64,000 bases of DNA from Heteronotia binoei (taxonomy: Eukaryota). Within the stretch, counting starts at the first letter, position 1. Every line of letters begins with the position of its first letter. Below the pieces are notes generated by a model that saw nothing but the letters and a program-made list of their open reading frames with translations, was not told the DNA's origin and ran no database searches. Both the position numbers and the translations under genes were made by a program. The DNA lies in contig NC_083234.1 of NCBI RefSeq assembly GCF_032191835.1, positions 56,916,001 to 56,980,000 on the forward strand, given 5' to 3'. Positions 25,761 to 62,747 of this stretch are shown here, piece by piece.

Positions 25761-26239
25761 AATGCAATCTGTATTTACATTTCATATCTACTGAATACTG
25801 CCAATAATATGTACAATATATGTACACTGTAATAACTAAAATACATATATTTATTTTGCAAAAGTTTTAATTGTACCTTTTTTTCACTTACGCATTTTTG
25901 AAAATGTTATTTATTTCTTATAAAAGTTAAAAGACAGCCTTATAGCTGTGGGTGGGCCCCCTATGTCTCCTGGCAACCAATATTTTTAGACCCAGTTCGC
26001 CATTAGCTAGGATGAACCAAAGGAGTTTGAACCTCAAGTCCTCCACTCGTCATTTGCCAAGCACAGCTGCATCAGTTTGATTTCCTGCAATGGAGAATGC
26101 AGACTTATTACAGGTAGGTATCCAGCAGGTGCAACCTTGCCTAGCAACAGGAAGCAGAGATGAAGCGAATCAGCTTCAGTTTCGCCTTCTCCACTCAGTT
26201 GTCAATCACAGCTGCACCCGTTGGATTCCTATCAGTCAC

Positions 26240-26700
26240 CTCTCCCTGCTGTCAGAAACTCCACGAGCTTCACTTCAACCAGCAGCAATCCAAATTCTAC
26301 ATCTGGCACTGCAGCAATCCAAGAGACGAATCCCGGACTCTTGTGGACACACCCAGAATCTAAAGAGGGAGGAGGCTTTTGAGCTGCTCCACCCCCCAAC
26401 TCTGGCTTCATGCCCACGGCCGAGCGACCTAAGAGACGCCACGCCCACCCGGCCGCTCCCTTCCCTCGCCCCGTACTCACCGGTTCATAGCTATACCGAT
26501 CCTTAATTCCTTCTCGTTACCGACAAGAATCACCTCAGGAACTTCCCGGATCCTCTCCGGACCCCGCCCCCATGCTTGTCATATCCCAAGAACACCCTCT
26601 CCCTCGCCACCCACAAAGACTAGAGCCCAGAGCGTTCCTCGAAGAGAGCCCACAAGCTGTTCTTTCGTCTCCAAAACTAAAATGGCGTCATGAGCCTCGC
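26240..26700 (-). other. LRSAM1: Putative non-coding 5' exons of LRSAM1
   Basis: CpG-rich segment with a minus-strand donor CCG/GTGAGT at 26481 and a candidate 120-nt exon 26240-26359 (pyrimidine-rich acceptor ctctttag, donor GAG/GTGACT). The ATG-containing exon has its own acceptor at 19079, so upstream UTR exons must exist. Exact transcription start is unknown. Confidence 0.5.
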
Positions 26701-26746
26701 TTGCTGGAATCCGTGTTTATCAGGTGGAGACATGGTGGAAAAGGGG

Positions 26747-26918
26747 CAGGGGTGGAATTCTAGCAGGCGCTCCTCTGCATATTAGGCCAGACACCCCCGA
26801 TCTAGCCAATCCTCTAAGAGCTTACAAAAAAAGAGCCTTGCAAGTTCTTGGAGGATTGGCTACATCAGGGGTGTGTGGCCTAATATGCAAAGGAGCTCCT
26901 GCTAGAATTCCACCCCTG
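26747..26918. mobile_element. Palindromic hAT MITE within the LRSAM1/RPL12 promoter
   Basis: TIR CAGGGGTGGAATTCTAGCAGG. TSD AAAAGGGG/AAAAGGGC (7 of 8). Confidence 0.85.
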
Positions 26919-27386
26919 AAAAGGGCTATAGAATCTCACGAGATTGGGATTTGGGGAAACCGTCGAAGATGTAAAATTAGATTGATTGAGGTAATTATGG
27001 TCCATAGGGACACACAACCGTAGAATGTTTTATCAAACATTGTTTTATCAGAAACATTCAGTTGGTTTTCCAGACAAGAGGCAGAGCACCGCCACCACTC
27101 TGCGTGCATAGGAGAGCTCAATCAAGCCAATCTGGGCGTTCAGTTTAATACCGGAAGTTTAGCCAGCGTAGCTGTCAGAATTTCTTTTTTGTTCTCTCGG
27201 CGAACGACAGCCTGCCATTTCCTTGGCGTCATGACGCAAAATCTCGCGAGATCTCAGCGACTATATGATCTGAGATCGCGGCGGGGAGATTCTCTTGCCA
27301 TCTTTACGGCAGAAAGGGGGTTATCGTTACTCCGTCTATCCGTTGCCATCCTTCCCGGTGCTTAGCCCGGCCCTCTTCGCGACGCC

Positions 27387-34291
<6,905 letters not shown>

Positions 34292-35234
34292 GCCCTGCAG
34301 CCCATGGGAACTCAACACAGCAAGTTCCACAGTGCTCTGCAATCCTGTGACTATTCATAATAAAAATGGCAGTTTGTCCCCATACACCTGTGTTTTGTTA
34401 AGAGGTCTGATTCTGCCTTTTGGGGGAGGAACTGCACTTCTCTCTTCCACCTCACACCTGTTCTCAAGCAGGGCAGGATAAGTAAGATCAGGGCTGCATG
34501 TGACATTCTTAGTGTTGCCCTTTCGCCCACAGATTGAGCTGAAGTTGTACATATAGCAGGGTAACCAGGATTTTGTGGAAATGAGCTGAATCCAGTATGT
34601 TTTTAAATACTATAAGCATGGCTGCTGTCCTGACTTACCTGTGGAGGAATAGGGGTATTGGGTGGGTTTAAACACGAGAGTAGTTACGTATATTTTAATG
34701 GTTAAAAAGGTAAAGCACCAGTCGTTTCCAACCCCAGGGTGATGTCGCATCATGACATTTTCTCGGCAGACTTTTTTATGGGGTGGTTTATTGTCCCCAA
34801 AACTGGATATTTAATCTTTGACTGCAGCACACTGTAGAAGTCTACAGCTTCAGGTAGCATATATTTGTGCAGACTAAATTTCCTTCTGCTCCCTTTGGAA
34901 TTTGAAGTCTTAAACTTGAGGAAGCAAGGGTTGGAATACTACAGGAGCAGCAGGAAGGATTTTGAGAAGGTAAAGCTGCCTTACTCATTTCCTTAGTATT
35001 TAGAAACTCCTTTAGGAGCTTCTGTTTCACATGCACACACCAATAATTCTGCTGTGTCTCAGGTAGATGGTTTTCTCAACCCTTCATCCTCTTGTGACTG
35101 CAGATATTCAGCTGACTAAGAACAGTAGGGAAGGTGCTCTGTTTTTAATAAATTCCAGGCTGTAATTCATAACATGAGCTGCCTTGAACGCTATATTGGA
35201 GCAGGAGAGTGCTGCTTGGTGAACACCTGCAGGA

Positions 35235-44216
<8,982 letters not shown>

Positions 44217-47082
44217 TCTTGCAGCAACTCACTCCTGAGGCGGCTCGTCGATGTTGACTCATGGCTTGCCTCTGACTGTCCGGAATGGCAGTCACACATT
44301 GTGTGACATCAGTGGGTTCTTGTGTTCCGCTTTGGATTCTGTTCTACTTTATTGTGCCCAGGTTCCCAAGATGGTGGAACAACAGGGAGGGACAGCATGG
44401 CAGGAAACTTGGGGTCCCAAGTAGACTCTCAAGCTCATACCTGAGGGAGAGTTAAGTAGGCACCCCAAAGAGCAGATTTTGGGCACCACGAAAGAGCAAG
44501 AAATCTTTATTATTAATTTCCCACCTCAAAATCCATATTTTCCATTAAGACTTTGGTCTATGTTGCCTTCTGAGCCTGCATACATGGAAGTGTGTATTCT
44601 CTCTCCCCTCTGGTTTTACTTAGTTATGACATATTCTGCTTTTCAAATAAATTGCCTGCCAACATAGCTTATATCAGTGACATGACAACAGCACCAACAC
44701 TAAGGCTTACAAAACTATACAGACAAAATATACATAGGGGAGAAAGAGGGTGGAATACATGATTCTCCTCCATTCATCCTCACAACAGCCCTGCCAGGTA
44801 GATTGGGTGATGAGAGCGTGATTAGATCATGGTTACCCAGAAAGCTTCACATTAAAATGAGGATTTGAAACCAGGTGTCTCAGACTATAGCTCCACGCTT
44901 GAATTGCTACAGTCATACTGGTTAATCTTCCTTTGTCTTTGGCATTTTCCTGAGACATAAAGGGTGCAACCTTCCAGGAGCCCTAGACCCTCTAATTGGT
45001 GGCTGAGACCAGTGTTCTTTCCCCTCTCGAAGCCTACGGTATATCTTTTCCTCCATCTTCCTCTCTTACTACCCAATATTCCATTTCAGACTGGAAATTC
45101 TTCCAGGCAGGGATCTGTCTTCTTTTGGGGTGTTTTAAATTGCGATAAAAATTAAACAGATACCCCTCAAATTCCTGCCACCTCTTACAGCTCAACAGTA
45201 AACTGAAAAGGAGTTAAAAAATTGCCAGCTAGAAAGATGGATAGAAAGGGCCTTAAAACAAATCTGGTATACTCTGGCAGTACTTCAGTATTTAGTTCAG
45301 GCATTTTCAGACATCTAGACCAGATACAGTTCAATGCAGACCCTGCACCTCACCTATTAAAAGCTACCTTCCCTTTGATAGGACAGTCCAGCTGTGTCTC
45401 TTTTCAAATTTCAGTATGGAGGGGAGCTGGTGGTTGGATGTTCCAGAGCTGCTTACAATCCATGGCACTTTTATCTGGTTGAAGGAAAGTGCCTCAGTTA
45501 GTGGACTGGATCCACAGAATGAATTCTTCAGCTCTTCAGCTTTGAAGAATGATCTGCTTGATAGCCAAAACTGTTCCAGGGTTTCTAACTTGGAGTAAGC
45601 TTGCATGTGATGTGAAGGTAGGGTGAACATGCCTTCTTATCTGTTGCTCTATAAAACATCACACTCAACTGATACACCAAGGGCTCCTAGATCCTCCATG
45701 TCCTCAGAAGGGTTATTTTCAGTACAAGGAACAATTCAGATATTATGGCAGCTGATTACAAGAAACCCTACACTAAGTGAGAACTTGCATCAGATATATG
45801 TAACCGTGTTGTAAGTTGGTCACAATGCCCCTGCTAAATTCTTAGGAGGGTGTTTGCGTCTAAGCATGCAAGGAGCCTAGCTTCCCCTTTAACAGGGAAA
45901 GTGGCCACAGTACACGAGGAATCCTGGCAGATTGTAGAGGCAAATAATAATAAATGAACGGAATCCGTGTAATTAGGACCAACCACATTGAGACAAACCA
46001 AACATGGATAGAGTTTTACATTGTTTAAAAAGAACGGTCTCCTCCAAGGCTGAGCGCTGTATGAATCTCTTCCCTCCACCCCACCCCCCCGCGTTTGCGG
46101 AACAAACCAGACGGCGGTTAAAGACAGCATGAGCAAAGCCGTTATGTCACTTGTCGTTTTGCCTTCTGGTTTAATAGATAACTTCCGGTGAAAACTGCCA
46201 TGATGCTCTAGAATGTAGCTCTAGAGTCTAGATGCAGCACAGCGGCCCTTCTCTAGGCCTTCGTATCATTATGGGAAAAGCACCCTTTCTATATATATAG
46301 CACCAATATGTATATACATGCATATAAAACGTGCAGACATCCGACATACAAAGATATATATACTGTATTTTTGCAAAGCGATTCTCAACACCCACGCATA
46401 TAATATGTAATGTTATAAATATGTAAATACTTGAAAAAACTGAGTAACTGTTGTTGAAGGCAGAAGCCGGCTTTTAAACATTCTTGATACCATTTCAAAC
46501 TACGGTATAATTCAGAGCACTGCTGTATTTTTTTCGCCATGCTGAACTTCCTCGTTTGAATATGTTTACATTAAAACCATACAGAAAAGGGTGTGTGTGG
46601 CGATATGTTTGATCCTAACAAAAATATTACGCTAATTACAGAAGGCCAGCTTCCACTCATCTTGGAGGCGCCAGAAAGCGACAGCCAGACCGCCTTCCTT
46701 TGCACTAGTAAAATAAAATACGCAGGGTCCGTGACGTCACTCGTCGGCCGACCTCATCTTATCACGTGATCTGGCATTTCTTTCGTCATCGCAGCGCCGC
46801 CGAGCTCAGATCGCGCGCGCGCGCGAGGTGGAGAGAGCGCGAGACGGTCGGGGAACGAGTGACGCAAGAGTGCGGCTCGCGCTGTGATTGGCTCGTGAGA
46901 CTAAGGGTTGGCGGCGGCGGTGGTGTGTGCGGCCCCGCCCCCTTCCCTCCTCGGGCGTGCGCGAGGCGGCGGCGCGTGGCAGGGGCAGCGGCGTCTCCGT
47001 CTGCGACTCCCCTCTTCCCTCCCCCTCCCCCCTCCTCTCCTCCTTTTTTTTTTCTCCTCTTTTTCCCTGACAGGCCAAGGCC

Positions 47083-54741
<7,659 letters not shown>

Positions 54742-55899
54742 CTGGCTAGCCGAGGCCTTAGCCCCACGGGCACCTTCCTGGAGGGCAAGGGGAGGTGTCT
54801 GTTTTGCACAGACTGCTCACTTGAAGCCAGAGGCACTGACAACAGAAAAAACAATTTACAAACCAACCCCTGTGATGCTTGAGGAAAGGGACTGGCTTTC
54901 CCCTTCCAGTGTTAGTCTCAAGCAAAAAAGACTACTGGGGAAGTTCTCCTGGCAGGAAGCTTCCCGTTATTTATATGTTAATATGTTTGTAAACTTGTGT
55001 ACAGTTTTTTTTGTTAGCAGTTCTCTTATATAGGACTCATTTACTGTAATGTTCAGGTGAGAACACATTGTTGGTCGAAATAACTGTCCTGTAGCGAAAG
55101 CTTTTCCTCTCCCTGTGGCTGGGAGAAGGCCAGGGGAGCTAGCTCAGACATCAGCAGTTAATCTGAACAACTCTGCATGGAAGCTGTTTTCAAGTAAAGG
55201 ATTGGAATGGATTGGCTGCCTTCTGACTCTTAGTCGGTGTGGAAATGGTCAGTATTTGGAGACCCCATTTGCTAGTGCTGAGTGACTCAGCTTCTGCCAA
55301 TGGCCCAACTTCTTCTCAGGTTCTGTGACTGCTACACCACTAATCTGTTATATGTCCTGATTCTACCACATTGGCCATAAGATGACACAGGCAGTGGCCA
55401 AGTATGTTTGCAAGCCTCAGTGAGCAGCCCCTAAAGATGAGCAGTTAAGTCTTACTGTTCCCTTGACAACTAAATCAAAAGGGTACAGCCGTTTTTAACA
55501 CATTCAGTTTGTATAGATAAGCTGTCACTGCCCAGAGTACCTGGGTGATTACCTCTGCCCCATGTGTTACTGTAATCATTAAAATAGATGGAGAAATACT
55601 CTCTTGGCCACTGACCTTCAGATTTATAATTCTCGTCTTATGGAGACCTGCCAAAGTGTATATTGCCTTCTTCCTTTTTAAGGTGTTTTTATTCAGACCA
55701 TATTTTCTGTAGTCAGGGATAGAATTGAATCATTTAATATATTATATGTTCTTGCTCAAGGCCTGGGGTTAGGGAGTAGGCTAGGGTATAAGTCTGTTAA
55801 ACATTTGTAAAGAAAGAAAATTTACCATAGTGGAATGGTGCTCATTTAGCTTCCAGGGCGCATAATGTCAGCTTTTAGTTTTAAACCAGATGTTCCAGT

Positions 55900-56095
55900 T
55901 GTGTTTTGCCTCCAGATCGCAGCTGACTTATGGCAACCCCATAAAGTTTTCAAGGCAAGAGAAGTTCAGAGATGGTTTGTCATTGCTTGGCTCTGTGTAG
56001 TAGCCCTGGTATTCCTTGATGGTCTTCCACACAAGCACTAACTAAGCAAGGCCTGTTTAACTTCTGAGATCCGATGAGATTGGGCTAGCCTGGTC
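55900..56095 (-). mobile_element. 5S rRNA-derived SINE copy (in the ZMYND19 3' UTR region)
   Basis: Reverse-complement 5S-like head and Bov-B-like tail. Confidence 0.65.
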
Positions 56096-58479
56096 TAGCC
56101 AGGTCAAGGCAGTTGAAGTTGTATTACTCCAATCTTTTTCTGCATTCTAATGGCCTGGATTTATGAAATGATGTCAAGATACTGTACTTGCTAGGATAGT
56201 GGTAGCTAATGCAAATGCATGCTTTAAGCCTTGCCACGAGTCCATCTAGTTTCTTGAGTGCCCTGGGCTGTTCCTTATAGTTGAAATGGGATGCTTCCAG
56301 TACAGATATTTGTACACAGAAAGCACTTAAATGTGTGTGTGTGCATGTACATGCTGCTTACAGTGTGAATCAAAGGCAGGTAAGGCCAGGTGAATCCATT
56401 TCTGGGGCCAGAGCTCTTTTGCAGCAAGTGGGTAAAATCTGGCCCACTGAGGAGTATCACCTTGTGTCTCAGTTTCCAGCTTTCATGCAAGAGACCCACG
56501 GAAGAGGACTGATAGAAATGTTGGCAGCCTGCTTTCTGGAAATAGGGCTCTAGCTGGCCCCACTGCATCACCTTCTCAAAGTGGTGTTTGAAGAATGAGC
56601 TGCTTTCCAGTGCTGTGTTGTCACCATTGCATAGTACTTGATGACTAGTACTCATGACTAGGAATAGCTAGTTGTATATTGTGTTGTACCGTTTGAGACT
56701 TTAAAAAAAACCAACAACCAAGCCTGGGACTGCCAAAAAAATCCTCTCTCAGACTAATCTTGTAAAATTTTTGGGTCTTCCCAGGTGCACTTAAATCTGC
56801 CTAAAAGCTGGAACTTATAATGGCTGGATGCTATCCAGAGCATCAGACAAGGGGGTATGGGTCTGTTCAGCTGCTTTAGTCCAGTGCATTGAATGGAATA
56901 GCTCTTGAAAAACAAGTCATGAAATAAGAGAGACTCCAGACCTCATTTTGTTATGAAGGATCCACCCATACTTTTGGTTTCATGGCAAAACATCTGTTGC
57001 CATTGAACCTTATCATTTCAAATGTGCAGGCCTGAGGCACATTGTCCTTTCTGTATACATAGAAGTGCATACTGTGGGTTTGGCTTCTAGAAACATAGAG
57101 CTGGAAGGGACCTCATGGGTCATCTGGTCCAACTTCCTGCCCAACACTGGACTTTCAACTACCTCCTCCCATAAATGGAAGCATACTAAACCACCAAAAT
57201 GGCCTTTGTGATGCATTTGCATCTTTCTCAATCAGCAGGTTTGGCCAGCAGTATAAGAGTTATTTTCTGCAGTTGTTTGCAGTGCCAGCTTAGCATATAT
57301 TGAAATAACTGCTTGATAAACTACTGTTATTTAAAAGCATGAATACACCTAGACAGTGGTCTTATTATTTTTCTGGGTGCGACTACTTCCTTTTGGTATG
57401 TAATTTAACCATGCTTTCTTTTAAATTAATATTTCCTCCCACCCTCCCATTCTTGTAGATTATGTGAGGACTTGGAGGCTCCTTCAAGTATGCAGGGGCA
57501 ATCAACTTTTTAAAAAGTAGTGCAGGTTTGGGCACCTACTCAAAATAATTGCCTTACTGCCTTGCAATTAGTGCGTTTGGCTATCTTGGGAGGTTGTGTA
57601 CCACATGAATAAACCATGATATGATTAAAACCGGACTATATTTGCACGCATCATCTCAACAGGAATATAAATTATTGACATGCTTATGGCCCTTGCTTTT
57701 TACCGGAATAACAGTCTCAGACCCTGATTTTTAGAGTCGGAACAGCTTTTTGACTAGTGCGAAGACAGCTGGCTGGGTTTTAATGGTGACATACTAAAAT
57801 GAATGGCAAGATTGTCCATAGGAAACAATGGGAGAGACTGGATTGCCAGGACGTGGGACTGGATTGCCAGGGGGAAAGGATTGCCTTTTACCCGGCAATC
57901 CAGTCCCAGGGGCTGGGAATCTAACTTTTCCCCTGGCAATCCAGTCCTAGAGAGTAGTAATTCACTCAGACACCCTGCAATCCAGTCCGAGGCTGGCATT
58001 CTGCCCTGTCTCCTTGCAATCCTGTCCCAGAGGATGGCAACCTACCCTCTTCCCTGGCAATTTAAATCCAGAACACCTGTGCCATTCCCAGAGGCTGGCA
58101 ATCTGCTCTTCCCTCAGCAATCCCATTCCTGGACACTTGTAGTTTGTGTTGACTTTCCTGGAAAATTCATTCCAGATTTTTATTGCAGCTGTTTTTGTGC
58201 TTCAATGTATTTCAATGGAGCCCATGCAAATCAGCTGGCAATCTTGTCTCCCATTATATCCAATGGGCAATTCAGCCTCTCCCATTGTTTCCTATGGGCA
58301 ATCTTGTCATTCGTTTTAGTACGTACCTTTTGATGGGGAAATGTTAATCCTCGCCTGTCACCTCACCGAGTGCTGTTGGGCTGCTCATGCATCCTAACCC
58401 ATCTCAGGGTTTATAACGAAGATACATGGAAAAGGCGGAAAAGAGTCCATATCTGATTTATTCAAGATACTCCCAAGTA

Positions 58480-58960
58480 CGTGTGCATGAGACTGTAGCC
58501 GTGCTTCTCGGAGTAAGGCCGGGATAAAAAAAATGTCACGGTGATCATGGGAGCTAGAACTGCTGCGAAGGCCTTCTTTCCCCGGTCTAGCCTTGCACAT
58601 GGGATGGTGGAAAGTAGGGGAACTCCACAATGGCTGCCTTCCTGGCGGCAGGAAGGAAGGAGCCTGAGGGAAGGGCGGGCGGCCTGAGGTCTCCTTAGGC
58701 CCGGCCGACAGGGCGGAGGCGCGTCATGGCCCAGCCTCCCTCTCCTTATTCCACTTTTGGTAGCGAAGAGCCAGAGTGGGCTGAGGGCGGTGCGGTTGGT
58801 TTCGCCTCCCGCCGTCTCGGCGGTGAAAGCCGCTGCAACGCCTTACGGAGGCAGAGAGAGCGAGATGAGGAGGCCGAACATTGATCCGGTTCCCTAGGTG
58901 GGGTAGGCGGGGGCTTCCTTGTGTTAGCGTAGCCCCACGCAACTCGGTTAAGCTGGGAGA
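58480..58960 (+). promoter_or_regulatory. CpG island, probable DPH7 promoter and non-coding exon 1
   Basis: CpG- and GC-box-rich patch upstream of the DPH7 ATG exon, which has its own splice acceptor (ttccag/62726). Confidence 0.6.
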
Positions 58961-60558
58961 GGGTGGTTTCAGACCTATACATTCATATACATATACCTAG
59001 AGTGTGCCTTTGAGGTGGGTGTGGGGGGGAGGGTTTAGGGCGGACAGGAGTTTTTCGTCTCTTTCCTAGCCCTCTTTGGGAGATGCCCTGGGGGTGGGGG
59101 TGGGGGTGAGGTTGTTTTGTCATGGTGTTTTGCCTAAGCGTGTATTTGCGTGGAGCTGATAGTGGGATTGTGTGTATTAATTGCAGTTCCCCCTTAAACT
59201 CACAAGCGGATTGTCCAAAAGTCATTGTGTGCATAGCCTGAAGTTCTTTGTGTTAGAAAGTTTCCGGTAACGGCATGGTGCTAACAGACGTGTTTGTCGG
59301 AGCTCCGGCTCTGCAGCATCTGTGCTGGTCTTTTTGGGGGGGTTCTTCAGCTGGTAAGAACTCGGTGGTGCCCCTGTTGGAGGGGCACTCGTGCGGAGGA
59401 GTGCTGGGTGCTCTGTGCCAGTTTTTCTGAGCATAGAGCCCGTTCAGCATATTACTTCAAGCCTGGATAGACCAGACGCCTTAATGGCGAATTAGCTGTG
59501 ACCACCGGAGAAGGGGAGTAGGCGCGACATTTGGAAGACAGAATAAATGGTAAAGAAGGGGGGGGGGAGTATATCTGACCCTAAACTGGAGACATAAACG
59601 AAGGAAAGAACTTACTAAGTGTGTTGTTTTGCCCCTACTTTTGAGTGGAATCCGAAGCTGGGGGGAAAGAGACCTGGTTTGGCGAATGCACAAAGGCAGA
59701 AAGCGGAGGAGTGGTGGAGGACTACCTTGGCAGCAACGGCAGAGGTTGGGAGTCGTAGGCTGGCTATGATTGTAAAAGTTTGTGAAGAGCACTGAGACAG
59801 AGGAGGTGAAGAAGGGGGGAAAAGAGGAAAGAAGCAGGAGATTTCTGACGATTTAAGGGGAGCCTTCATGAACTTCTTTTCCTCTCCCTTTTCCCATATG
59901 CTTGTGCATGGCGATTTTCTTAAAGAGACAGGGAGCTAAAGAATGGTGGTTATAATATACAGGGTGGAAAGAAAGTCACCGGACCTTTGAAATGAGTTGA
60001 ATCTGAAGATGGGAGACTTTTGATGTTAGTATAGAGTTTCCAGGAACGCAAGGGCGGAGAGGCTGGAATTCCGTTGGCAGAGATGTGGAAGAACAGGAAT
60101 GGATTTACTGAACTGGCTTTTTGAACTGGTAGCAGAAGAGAGGAGCAGAGATTGAGATTAAGAAGAGGAAGAAAAAGGAGAAGAAGAAGAGGAAGACAGA
60201 AGGATAAGCGGTTGGGAAACATTAAGGATTCAAAAGAGACAGTTAACAAATAATTAATGGATTGAATAATTAATTATTGTTAATTTGATTACTGCTGATT
60301 TTCTGTATGATTTTCTATATGTAATGAGTTAATGTGAATGTTCAGGTGAAGGGTGTTAGGTGGTAAAGAATAGTAATTTAAGGATATAAAAACCAACTGG
60401 TATGTGAGAGTGTTAAAGGAGGGTGATGTATGAATTTTGAGTGAAGTAAGGCGAAGTAGTAGTATATGAATTGGAATTGGGGTGTCAGTAAGACCTTGGA
60501 TAATAGAAAAATGAGTATGACATACAAGTAAGACAAAATAGATAGGTTAGTCCCACTA

Positions 60559-61242
60559 TTGATAACTTTAAAACTGATGGAGATAATGTCCTCACCGGAA
60601 GTTATAGAGGAATTGCAGAATTCTATGCAATTGTATTTTATGAATGCATTGAGTCAGGTGCAGGCAAATCTGACAGAACAATTAGATGGAGTAAATAAGA
60701 AATTAGATGGCCTGCAAAAGCAATTGACGGAAGTAAAGGAAGAGATTCATGGCTTGACACAATCTGCAAAATATGTGGAAGGAAAGTTGGAAGTAGTGAA
60801 TGAAAAGTCTGAGGAGATTGAAAAAGTTCAAAAATACGAAGGGGACAGATTAGTGAGAATAGAAACGGTGCAGGTAGTGCATATTTCAGGAATGCAGAAT
60901 ATTCCAGAGGATAGGTATGACCATATAAAGGAGGTGATAGTAGAGATCTTGACACCAGTTCTTGGTATGAAGAAAAAGGAACTGGAGAAAGATATAGAAA
61001 ATGGCTATAGAGCTTGCCTTATTTATTTCAAGGAACACTGCCTGCTGAGAGAGGTTTATATAAGGTGTACTAGGAGGAAAATGAAGGAATTGGTCTGCCA
61101 GCCGATGAGAGACAAATCATTAAAGTTTTATCGTTGGCATATTACACCAATAAAACTGAAGAAAGTGTATTCCGAAATTGCTGGTTGCTTTGTTGCAGGG
61201 AAACAAATTGATACCATGCAATTCACAAACAAAGTAAGATGA
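60559..61242 (+). mobile_element. Degenerate L1 LINE ORF1p-like sequence
   Basis: Coiled-coil heptads then NIPE...DIENGYR...REVYIRCTRRK, resembling the RRM of squamate L1 ORF1. Upstream in-frame stops and a broken C-terminal domain. Confidence 0.65.
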
Positions 61243-61645
61243 TTTGAAATGCCAATGTTTTTTTTTCTTCTTTTTTGGACCACAGTGTAGAAGAAAGTTT
61301 TCTTTTTCGTTAGTTCTAGACTTAGCTGAGGTAGATACTCTGATGGAGATACTAAGAGACGAAATTAAATAGATAGAAGGAAAACGGAACTTATTGTATG
61401 AAAGTGTATTCCAAACTTGCTGGGGTTTTTTTTTTGTTGTTGCAGGGAATTAAATTGATACTGTGTAATTTATAAATAAAGTAAGATGACTTGAAATGCC
61501 AAATGTTCTTTTGGATCACAGTGTAGAAGAAAGAAAGTATTTTGCTTGGTTCTAGACTGAGCTGAGGTAGATACTCTGATGGAAATATTAAGAGAAGAAA
61601 TTAACAAATAGACAAATAGAAGGGAAATGGAACTTATTGTATGAA
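61161..61645 (+). repeat. Two diverged tandem copies of a unit of about 239 bp
   Basis: GAAAGTGTATTCC...GGAACTTATTGTATG begins at 61161 and again at 61400. Confidence 0.85.
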
Positions 61646-61772
61646 TGGTTATGGGGGAAAGATAATAATATAGTGTAAAAAGGGGTTAACTGTAGAATGT
61701 ATGATTTGGTTTAGGTTAGAACAAAGGATTTGTATTCTAATGATATAAGTATATAATGCATCCTGCGGTCTA

Positions 61773-61910
61773 NNNNNNNNNNNNNNNNNNNNNNNNNNNN
61801 NNNNNNNNNNNNNNNNNNNNNNNNNNNNNNNNNNNNNNNNNNNNNNNNNNNNNNNNNNNNNNNNNNNNNNNNNNNNNNNNNNNNNNNNNNNNNNNNNNNN
61901 NNNNNNNNNN
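61773..61910. other. Assembly gap (138 N)
   Basis: Run of N. Confidence 1.
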
Positions 61911-62747
61911 ATGTAATAAAAAGTTAAAAAACTAAAAAAAAAAAGTTCTTTGTGTTAGAGAAGTGCTTGGGTTGGGGGTGGGGAGGAGTTTCTTATTCCC
62001 CAAGATGGACTGTGGTTGGGTATTGGTAAGGTCAGGGGAAGGCTTTAGAATTCTCAGAGAAAAAGCGAGAAAGGGACGTTTATTTCTAATACATGTGTGA
62101 TTTTGGTTGACGGTTGGAGTGTTAAAGAAGAAAACCTTTAAAGCTCCTATAATTGGCCACTGGAGAAGTATGGAGTATATGTTAGGGTAAGGGGAATGTG
62201 AGTTTGGAAAATAGACTACTCTGTGAGTGGCTCAGCTGTTAGTGTAAGTAGAGGGTTTAGAGGAGGAATGCTTGTTTAAACTGCACTCTGCTCTGGGCAT
62301 AGATTTTAGACGGTATGACAGGGCTATGAGATGAGCCATTTACAGATGTTTCTTCTGTTACAGTGAGGGCAGAGGTGTGCTTGGGAGGGGGTTCTTAAAC
62401 TGTGTGTGTGGGGGTAGCTGTTATTGGGGAGGGGATCTGAAAGTAGGAACTTTGAACTGCACGTTCCCTGTTAAAGGGCATCTTGAGAGTTGAGAATTGG
62501 ACTGTAAACATGTGACAAGATTATGTGTTAAGAAAGGATTTGAATCCACACTGGTGACTGTGAAGTTGAAGCTACACATTTGTAGCTGTGCCAGATTAGT
62601 TAATGCAACATAGAAGGAGGTACTTAATAATCCTTAGGGATTGGATTTGGCTGCTTGGCCTTGAATGCTGTGCAGAATTTCAAACTCACTGATTTGTTTT
62701 CTCAGCCTCCCTTCTTTCCTTCCAGACAAGGATGAGTGTTCTCTGAC

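Noticed and set aside
26090-26506. 138-aa plus-strand ORF
   Set aside because: Antisense to the LRSAM1 5' region in GC-rich DNA, with no recognisable homology.
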